The position numbers were made by a program, and so were the translations under genes. The notes beneath the pieces were generated by a model. That model made no database searches and was not told the DNA's origin. It worked only from the letters and a program-made list of their open reading frames with translations. DNA of 13,529 nucleotides from a bacterium. Lineage in GTDB: Bacteria; Zhuqueibacterota; Zhuqueibacteria; Oceanimicrobiales; Oceanimicrobiaceae. The stretch is from contig JBBIIG010000089.1 in assembly GCA_037446635.1 (NCBI GenBank), forward strand, positions 1 through 13,529, read 5' to 3'. The number at the start of each line of letters is the position of its first letter. Position 1 is the stretch's first letter. Shown one piece after another: positions 7,323 through 13,529 of this stretch.

Positions 7323-8810
7323 TTATCCTACCAAAGTTTCTTCTTGAACGTACTTAAACCGCGCCTGCGTTTCGCTGCCGCGCACCGCCAACGCAATCGT
7401 GAGCGGACCGAGACGGCCGACAAACATCAACAACGTGATCAGCAGCTTGCCAACGTCGTTCAGCTCAGCCGTGCCCCCAGCGCTCAACCCTACCGTTGCA
7501 AACGCCGAGACCACTTCGAACAAATAATCTAAAAACATGCCGCGGGTTTCCGTCGGCGAGCGGCCCGACAACTGCGTGATCAAAATCGCCATGGTGAAAA
7601 CGATCACAATCAGGCCTGAAAAAAAAACCACCGAAATGGCGCGCGACACGATGGCGGTGGGAATGCGCCGTTGAAAAATATTGACGTCTTCTTCCATGCG
7701 GTAGCGGGCGATAATCGACGCCACCAGCACCGCAAAGGTGCTGGTTTTGATGCCGCCGCCGCACGAAGCCGGCGACGCGCCGATGAACATCAAAATGATA
7801 ATAAAAAAAAGCGACGCGCTGGAAACCGCGCTAATGGGCAGCGTGTTGAAACCAGCGGTACGGGCAGTTACCGATTGAAACACCGCCGCCAGCACCTTTT
7901 CTCCAAGCGGGAGATCGCGCAATGTGTTTTGATATTCAAAAACAAAGATGACCATCGCTCCGAAAATAATCAAAAGCGCCGAGACAAACAGCACCAGCCG
8001 AGTGTGATATTTTAGCTTCATAAAATAGCGCTGGCCAATGTAGCGGCGATTGTGAAAGAGATCGTAGATCACAATGAACCCCAGGCCGCCGAGTACAATC
8101 AACCCCATCACAACCAGGTTGATGAAGAGATCGCCGCGATAGCTTTCGAGACTGTTGGCAAACAACCCGAAGCCGGCGTTACAAAACGCGGAAATGGAAT
8201 GAAACAATCCGAGATAAAACGCCCGCGCGAACGGAAAATCCTGGGCAAACCGCAGCGTCAAAAGTCCACAGCCAAAAGCTTCGATGACGACGGTAAAAAA
8301 CAGCACCACTTTCAGCAGCCGCGCCATATCCGCTGCCGAATGCTGGCTGAGAGTATCCTGAACGATGTCGCGTTCCATCGCGCCGATTCTGCCGGCCAGC
8401 AAATAAATGAAAAACGTGGCCATGGTCATGATGCCCAGCCCGCCAAGTTGAATCAACATCAAAATGACGAGCTGGCCAAATTTTGTAAAGGCGGAACCGG
8501 TGTCCACGACCACCAGCCCGGTCACACAGGTCGCCGAGGTGGCGGTGAACAATGCGTCAACCAATGAAATCGAGCCGGCCGCCGTGGCTTGCGGCAGCAT
8601 CAGCAGCAGCGTTCCGAGAACGATTGGCGCCAAAAAACTTAGCATCAATACCCGAGCCGGGTGCCGAGAAATATGCGACTGCTTCGGGAGCGTTGGTTTG
8701 CCGATGGCTGCCAGCGCCCGCCTTCGCTGCAAGCGCTGAATGATGTCCATTGAAGCTAAGCGAGTCGTTTTAAATTTTGGCATTATAGCCAAAAAACGAA
8801 AGAATTGCAA
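7323..8810 (-). CDS. ktrB: Ktr/Trk potassium uptake system membrane subunit (KtrB/TrkH family)
   Basis: Four pore-loop motifs ATCVTGL, AFCNAGF, ARTAGFN and AFATVGLS, plus GGGIK and MFVGRLGPLT. Start uncertain: TTG 8810, ATG 8783 or ATG 8750. Confidence 0.93.
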   Translation of the reverse strand: MQFFRFLAIMPKFKTTRLASMDIIQRLQRRRALAAIGKPTLPKQSHISRHPARVLMLSFLAPIVLGTLLLMLPQATAAGSISLVDALFTATSATCVTGLVVVDTGSAFTKFGQLVILMLIQLGGLGIMTMATFFIYLLAGRIGAMERDIVQDTLSQHSAADMARLLKVVLFFTVVIEAFGCGLLTLRFAQDFPFARAFYLGLFHSISAFCNAGFGLFANSLESYRGDLFINLVVMGLIVLGGLGFIVIYDLFHNRRYIGQRYFMKLKYHTRLVLFVSALLIIFGAMVIFVFEYQNTLRDLPLGEKVLAAVFQSVTARTAGFNTLPISAVSSASLFFIIILMFIGASPASCGGGIKTSTFAVLVASIIARYRMEEDVNIFQRRIPTAIVSRAISVVFFSGLIVIVFTMAILITQLSGRSPTETRGMFLDYLFEVVSAFATVGLSAGGTAELNDVGKLLITLLMFVGRLGPLTIALAVRGSETQARFKYVQEETLVG

Positions 8811-8814
8811 CGGA

Positions 8815-10065
8815 TCAACTCCACAGTTTTTCGAGATCGCCGGCGGGGCGAATCACCCGCACCTGCGCGCCGTCCACCAACATCTCCGCCGGGCGCGGGC
8901 GGGCGTTGTAGTTTGAGGACAGCACAAGGCCGTAGGCGCCGGCAGTCATAATAGCCAACAAATCGCCGCGGCGAAGTTCGGGCAGCCGGCGATCGCGGCC
9001 GAGAAAATCGCTGGACTCGCAAATGGGTCCCACCACATCCACGTTCACCAAATCGTCCTGTCGCTTGCAAACGGGGACGATTTCGTGATAGGCGCCGTAC
9101 AGGCTGGGTCGAATCAAATCGTTCATCCCGGCGTCCACGATCACGAAGCGTTTGCCGTGCGAATCCTTCTGGTAGAGCACGCGGGTCACTAAAATCCCGG
9201 CCTCGGCCACCAGCGCCCGGCCCGGCTCGAAAATGATTTTACAGTTCAAACTCTCTAAATCGGAGCGAAGACGATCTACCAGATGAGCTATATCGATCGC
9301 GGGTTCGGATTCGTCACCCTCAAAAACGTTTTGGTAGGAGACGCCGAGCCCGCCGCCGAAGTCCACAAATTGCAAAACGTGGCCGCTTGCGCGCGCCGCG
9401 GCGGCGAGCTCTTTTAAAATTTGAACGGCTTCCACAAAAGGCGCGATTTCGGTAATTTGGGATCCGATGTGACTATGCAAGCCAACAAGCTGGAGGTTGG
9501 GATATTTTTTAAATTGGCGAATGACGGCCCGCGCCGCCGGCAGCTCGACGCCAAATTTGTCCGCCGCCGTGCCGGTGGAAATATAGGGGTGCCCGTGAAT
9601 GTCGATATTCGGATTCACGCGAATGGCGACCGGCGCGATTTGGTTCATCGCCCGCGCGATGCCGTCCATCACCGCCAATTCTTCCAGCGACTCCACGTTG
9701 AACACCAAAATATTTTGCGCCAGCGCGTACTCGATCTCGTCATCGCGTTTGCCCACGCCGGCGTAAACAATTTTTTGGGGATCGAACCCACTCTTCAGCG
9801 CCAGAAATAATTCGCCGCGCGAAACCACGTCCGCGCCGGCGCCGAGACCCGCAAGCAGCGAGAGCAGCGTCTGGTTGGAATTGGCTTTCAAGGCGTAACA
9901 AATCAAATGATCGATTCCTTGAAACGCGCGCTCGATGCGCTCAAAATTTTCGACAATGGTTTTCTGGCTGTAAAGATAAAAAGGGGTAGCAGTCACGGCT
10001 GCAATTTTTCGCACGGATAGCTCTTCACAGTGAAGCTCATCATTTTTGAAACTGAAGAAGTGCAT
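8815..10065 (-). CDS. lysA: Diaminopimelate decarboxylase
   Basis: 416 aa with TPFYLY, YALKAN (PLP lysine), H-x-HIGSQ, DFGGG, EPGR, DAGMNDLIRPSLY, GPICESSD and GAYG...SNYN. SD AAGGA upstream. Confidence 0.96.
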   Translation of the reverse strand: MHFFSFKNDELHCEELSVRKIAAVTATPFYLYSQKTIVENFERIERAFQGIDHLICYALKANSNQTLLSLLAGLGAGADVVSRGELFLALKSGFDPQKIVYAGVGKRDDEIEYALAQNILVFNVESLEELAVMDGIARAMNQIAPVAIRVNPNIDIHGHPYISTGTAADKFGVELPAARAVIRQFKKYPNLQLVGLHSHIGSQITEIAPFVEAVQILKELAAAARASGHVLQFVDFGGGLGVSYQNVFEGDESEPAIDIAHLVDRLRSDLESLNCKIIFEPGRALVAEAGILVTRVLYQKDSHGKRFVIVDAGMNDLIRPSLYGAYHEIVPVCKRQDDLVNVDVVGPICESSDFLGRDRRLPELRRGDLLAIMTAGAYGLVLSSNYNARPRPAEMLVDGAQVRVIRPAGDLEKLWS

Positions 10066-10080
10066 CTATGTCCTTGTTAC

Positions 10081-10108
10081 AAATGACAACTGACCACGGA
10101 CTACTGAC
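10081..10108. repeat. Four degenerate tandem heptamers (consensus nACTGAC)
   Basis: AAATGAC AACTGAC CACGGAC TACTGAC, spanning the stop codon of the Ig-like gene and the short gap before lysA. Confidence 0.55.
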
Positions 10109-11774
10109 TAAAAACAATATCATTTCCCTCGTTCGGCCAGCGCGAGCGCACCTGAATTTTCTCCGGGTGAATGACAAACCGCTCCGCCGGCTGAAATGAA
10201 ACGGCCCGTCCAAAATCGTATCGGCCATTTTGATTGCGATCGCGGAAAGCCTCGAGGGTATAAGTTCCGGGCAAGATGTCGGAAAACGTGTACGGACCTG
10301 GCTCGAACAAAGTCAACTCGTAGGTCGGGCCCTCCCGCTCGGTGGAAATCGCTTTCAAAAAAATCGGGCCGACTGCGGTGGCGTCTTCATCGCTCACGGT
10401 TCCGGAAATGGCGGCGAGGGTGTCCGCGTTCAAGGTGGTGAACATCGCGGTCCACAGGCGATCGCGAAAAACATTTCCGTGAAAATCCCGCACTGAATCC
10501 AGTTGGATGGAAACAAAATAGTCAGACAGAGTTTGCAATTTTTCTGCGGGTTGGAATTTGACCAGCGCCGGCGTGGCCCACTCAAAAACGCCCGCCACCG
10601 AATTGCCGGTGGAGTCCCGCATTTCAAAATGGCGCTCAAGCGACATTTGATTCATCGCGTGGCTAAATCTTATTTCAAAAAAAGTCGAAAGCGGAACCGC
10701 CCGGGCGCTGTCTTTCGGAACCGTGGAAACAATTTTGGGGGGAATGGTATCCGGCAGCGCGCTGCCCACAAAAGTCGCGCGGTTATAAGCCGGGTCGATG
10801 AGATTTCCGCTAACGTCCGTCAAATTTTGCACCGCGATTTCGTACTCGATTTTTGCCGTCAGCGGCGCGGTGATGACAGATACCTCCATCGTTTCCGGCT
10901 CGTTCAAATAGGCCAGCAAAATTTTCACCGAGTCGCGCGGCGATTTCACCGGATAAATTTTAAAATTGTCCACGGCATCCGTCCCCGTTTTCTGCAGCGC
11001 TTCATCGAACCGCAAAACGAGCCGCGAGCGGCTCTGCGCCGAAACCGACACCAGCGCCGGGCCGATGGTGTCGGCGAGCGCCAGCCGGAAATTCAAACCG
11101 GTAAAAGAGGCCTGCTCATTTGAGAGCGTTACGTCTCGGGTGGGTATGCCAAGCGCATCGAGCCCCGCTTCAAAAAAACGGTTGTTGTCGTTATCCTGAA
11201 CGGCGAAAACCCGGTAGCGCCCCTCGGATAAATTCGTCAGTTCAAATTTTCCGCCGGCGCTGGTTTGGGTGGCGTAATCGCCGGTGCGTCCGCGGGGGTC
11301 GGGATCGCCGTCTTCCAAAATATAGGCCCAGATCAAAATTCCCTGCGCTTTGTCCTTTGAAAAAACCTGCCCGGCAATTTTGCCGCTGCTGATTTCCGCG
11401 CCGGTGGAAAAGGCGAGGGTGTACGAATTTTTCATGGCGTTGCCGCGGGAGTCTTTCAAATCGGTGCCGAGGGTGATGACGTACGTGCGGTTGCTTTTCA
11501 AAGAATCCTCAAATTCGACCCGCAGCCTTCGCCCTTTCCATTTATATTTGACGCCGCCCTCGCCGGGATTGGGGGTGATGAAAATCGCCTTCGCCAGCGA
11601 TCGGTGATCCATTCCCTCGCTAAACTCAAACTCGACGATCTGGTTCAACGGCACGAGCGTCGCGTTGTTTTCGGGAGTCACCTTCACGATCTGCGGGGGA
11701 ATTGTATCCGGCGGGCCGCCGGCGGGCGGTCGCTGGCTGGCGCAGCCGCTGACTAAAAAAAGAGTCCCAATCAA
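10101..11774 (-). CDS. Lipoprotein with bacterial Ig-like (Big_5/SbsA-type) and carboxypeptidase-regulatory-like beta domains
   Basis: Lipobox VSGC followed by ASQRPPAGGPPDTIPPQIV. Two DTIPP-x-IV Ig-like starts (FEFSEGMD; IRFSHAMN). Two G-x-Y-x-V/L-x-A-x-x-D-x-D/N-x-N loops. The true start is probably further upstream (see findings). Confidence 0.85.
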   Translation of the reverse strand: MIGTLFLVSGCASQRPPAGGPPDTIPPQIVKVTPENNATLVPLNQIVEFEFSEGMDHRSLAKAIFITPNPGEGGVKYKWKGRRLRVEFEDSLKSNRTYVITLGTDLKDSRGNAMKNSYTLAFSTGAEISSGKIAGQVFSKDKAQGILIWAYILEDGDPDPRGRTGDYATQTSAGGKFELTNLSEGRYRVFAVQDNDNNRFFEAGLDALGIPTRDVTLSNEQASFTGLNFRLALADTIGPALVSVSAQSRSRLVLRFDEALQKTGTDAVDNFKIYPVKSPRDSVKILLAYLNEPETMEVSVITAPLTAKIEYEIAVQNLTDVSGNLIDPAYNRATFVGSALPDTIPPKIVSTVPKDSARAVPLSTFFEIRFSHAMNQMSLERHFEMRDSTGNSVAGVFEWATPALVKFQPAEKLQTLSDYFVSIQLDSVRDFHGNVFRDRLWTAMFTTLNADTLAAISGTVSDEDATAVGPIFLKAISTEREGPTYELTLFEPGPYTFSDILPGTYTLEAFRDRNQNGRYDFGRAVSFQPAERFVIHPEKIQVRSRWPNEGNDIVFSQ

Positions 11775-11827
11775 AAGTGACGCAATATGTCTGATTCGTG
11801 GTCTCCCAATCGATTCAAGTCGCTGAC

Positions 11828-11856
11828 AAATTAGCTAAACGGGCGGGTATTTTCAA
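11828..11856 (-). promoter_or_regulatory. Putative sigma70-type promoter of the Ig-lipoprotein-lysA-ktr operon
   Basis: Minus strand TTGAAA (11856-11851), 17 nt, TAATTT (11833-11828). Confidence 0.5.
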
Positions 11857-11902
11857 GGATTTTTTTGGCGCGGCCCAATTGGCGTTCGTGAAAAAATTCT
11901 TC

Positions 11903-11930
11903 TTGACTTAACAAGATTTCTTATTATCTT
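11903..11930 (+). promoter_or_regulatory. Putative divergent sigma70-type promoter
   Basis: TTGACT (11903-11908), 16 nt, TATCTT (11925-11930), preceded by an A/T-rich tract. Confidence 0.5.
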
Positions 11931-12178
11931 TTTTCGTAAATGTTATCCGGCCAAGGAATCTGATCCCACGTTTTCCCTACTCTCATACCGACTTTGCCAA
12001 CGGATAACATGATAGACATTTCCAGCAATTAAAAATAATCTTTAAAACTGGGCGGCATGAAGTCGCAATTCCCAAAGCACGAAATGGAATCGCCAAAACA
12101 GGCTTGAGCGTTAGGATTAACTGACAAAATTTTTGTTGTAGAGGATTGATTCCACCAACGGAAGAAAGGAACGTACAA

Positions 12179-12850
12179 TTGAAAATCACTGCCGCTCGTT
12201 ATTTACCGACCCCTCTCAAACAAGAAATCAAGCATACACCACAAGGGAAAGAGCTTCTTCCCGGTTTTCTAATAGGTATAGACGAGATCCTTGAGCAATA
12301 TCCTGTCCTACATAGCAACCTGTCAACAATACAGTCGGAGTACGAGCTTATCGGTCGCTCCTGCTTAGTCGTTCCCCCTGAACAGACCTTTAACATCTTC
12401 GCCTACGATAAGGAACTCGACCTGATCAAGACGATCGCAGGTAATGTCGCGATGCTGATTCATCCTCATTTGAAAACTGGAATTGATGGCCTTTGGTTGT
12501 GGTACAAGGCAGCCAAACTTTATGATGATTGGAAAAAGCCAAACAGAGATACGGCTGCCTGTCTCTTCAAGGTGGCCGGACTAGCTTTGAGTACAATTAA
12601 GGCCATCGGAAGTATCTATCCTGACCTCAAGATTCCCGATCATTGGGCGAATGGGATTAACTTTGTTGTGAAAAGTGGTGAATCTCTCTATAAGGATAGA
12701 ACACCACCGATTAATGAGATGATACTTTCGAGTGACAAGCGGCTGGCGATACCTCTGAAACTCTTGAAGGTGGCGGGCATCGCAATTGATCCAAGGCCGG
12801 AGTTTCAAAGTATTACAGTGATGCCATTACCCACAGCAGTGAAGAAATAG
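12179..12850 (+). CDS. Hypothetical protein (orphan-like, about 223-234 aa)
   Basis: Only long ORF in the interval and AT-richer than the flanking genes. The ORF track starts at TTG 12146; in-frame TTG 12179 has an SD-like AAGGA 8 nt upstream. No motif recognised. Confidence 0.7.
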   Translation: MKITAARYLPTPLKQEIKHTPQGKELLPGFLIGIDEILEQYPVLHSNLSTIQSEYELIGRSCLVVPPEQTFNIFAYDKELDLIKTIAGNVAMLIHPHLKTGIDGLWLWYKAAKLYDDWKKPNRDTAACLFKVAGLALSTIKAIGSIYPDLKIPDHWANGINFVVKSGESLYKDRTPPINEMILSSDKRLAIPLKLLKVAGIAIDPRPEFQSITVMPLPTAVKK

Positions 12851-12859
12851 CAAACCGCG

Positions 12860-12967
12860 TGGAAATGAATTTCCAAGCTAATTGCTTTAATTAGCTACTG
12901 CTGTCTATGGTCGATTTCAATCGACTTCAGCAATTAGCCTGATGATTCATCATCAGACGATCTGAAG
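12860..12967. repeat. Dense cluster of short inverted repeats
   Basis: TGGAAA/TTTCCA (12860-12875), AGCTAATT/AATTAGCT (12876-12896), GTCGATT/AATCGAC (12910-12925), CTGATGA/TCATCAG (12939-12956), TCAGA/TCTGA (12953-12965). Also GCTAATTGCT (12877-12886) with AGCAATTAGC (12929-12938). Confidence 0.7.
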
Positions 12968-13189
12968 ATTTTTACAATAGTCCAGTAAATAACTAAACCA
13001 CCAACTCTGACACTCATACCAACTCAACCCTCTCTTCCACAACTCAAACAACAGGCCCACAAATTCCACTTCCCTGCCCGACGCCGGCGGGGCGCCCTTC
13101 GTGTGCTTCGTGTTTTTCTTTTCTTTCCCCCCCTGTAACGGACCCGGCTGCCCGCCCACTTATTTCTAATTTATGAAAAGGATTTTTGC

Positions 13190-13221
13190 TTGACTTAACC
13201 GAATATTGGCTTAAATTCGGT
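13190..13221 (+). promoter_or_regulatory. Putative sigma70-type promoter with an overlapping inverted repeat
   Basis: TTGACT (13190-13195), 16 nt, TAAATT (13212-13217). ACCGAAT-N10-ATTCGGT at 13198-13221. Strong SD AAGGAGG before ATG 13243. Confidence 0.55.
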
Positions 13222-13242
13222 AAACTCGAAAAAGGAGGAGCT

Positions 13243-13529
13243 ATGTTTTTGGTTTTAATTCTTACGTTACTTTTTACGGCGCAGGAAACCACCTCCCGTC
13301 TCGAATCCTCGCCGCGCCATCATGAGTGGGTGAAACTCCAACAGGGCGAGCGCGAGGTGCACGCCTACCTCACCTTTCCGGAGGTGAGCGAAAAAGTCCC
13401 GGCCGTGCTGGTGATTCACGAAAACATGGGGCTCACCGACTGGGTGCGCAGCGTGGCCGATCAACTGGCAGAAGCCGGCTACATCGCCGTCGCCCCGGAT
13501 TTGCTTTCCGGCATGGCGCCCAACAACGG
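13243..13529 (+). CDS. Dienelactone hydrolase family (alpha/beta hydrolase) protein, exported; 3'-truncated by the window edge
   Basis: Manual translation: MFLVLILTLLFTAQETTSRLESSPRHHEWVKL...PAVLVIHENMGLTDWVRSVADQLAEAGYIAVAPDLLSG, matching the DLH N-terminal signature. Open to the edge, so not in the ORF track. Confidence 0.9.
   Translation, partial: MFLVLILTLLFTAQETTSRLESSPRHHEWVKLQQGEREVHAYLTFPEVSEKVPAVLVIHENMGLTDWVRSVADQLAEAGYIAVAPDLLSGMAPNN

Noticed and set aside
4595..11607. Many long antisense or alternate-frame ORFs (e.g. 5168-5845, 5933-6619, 6564-7265, 10503-11123)
   Set aside because: Shadow ORFs expected opposite GC-rich genes with clear family assignments.
11940..12010. Integron attC site
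   Set aside because: The arms are in GTT...AAC order rather than RYYYAAC...GTTRRRY, and there is no integrase or cassette array.
12860..13050. CRISPR array or type III toxin-antitoxin repeat array
   Set aside because: The palindromes differ in sequence, there are no 23-47 bp direct repeats with spacers, and no cas genes.
13134..13165. TGTAAC as an ECF sigma -35 element
   Set aside because: No convincing CGT(C/T)-type -10 at the expected spacing.
12953..13464. Minus-strand ORFs 12953-13159, 13044-13292 and 13267-13464
   Set aside because: Low-complexity translations that overlap the promoter or lie antisense to the hydrolase gene.

Overview
Bacterial chromosomal window with three parts. The lineage is not determined; gene style suggests an FCB-adjacent group such as KSB1/Calditrichota (inference only). 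(1) 1-4430 is an AT-richer minus-strand accessory cassette: two tandem paralogous TolB/PD40-like beta-propeller lipoprotein genes, then a large secreted HEXXH zinc metalloprotease (M36/M4, clan MA) that runs off the left edge and is absent from the ORF track. The cassette has several slippage-type signatures: a T14 tract inside the -35/-10 spacer, a poly-G tract at the same site in both paralogues (G7 in frame, G8 out of frame), and an 11-bp duplication at the protease start. A candidate antisense-oriented two-hairpin RNA lies between the second propeller gene and the protease. (2) 4588-11800 is a GC-richer minus-strand operon: Big_5/Ig-like lipoprotein, lysA, ktrB/trkH, ktrA/trkA, a TPR protein and a ZIP transporter. 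(3) 11900-13529 is on the plus strand: an AT-richer orphan ORF with a hairpin leader and a dense palindrome cluster downstream, bracketed by two similar promoters, then the 5' part of a dienelactone hydrolase family gene. No rRNA, tRNA, CRISPR array, transposase or integrase was seen.
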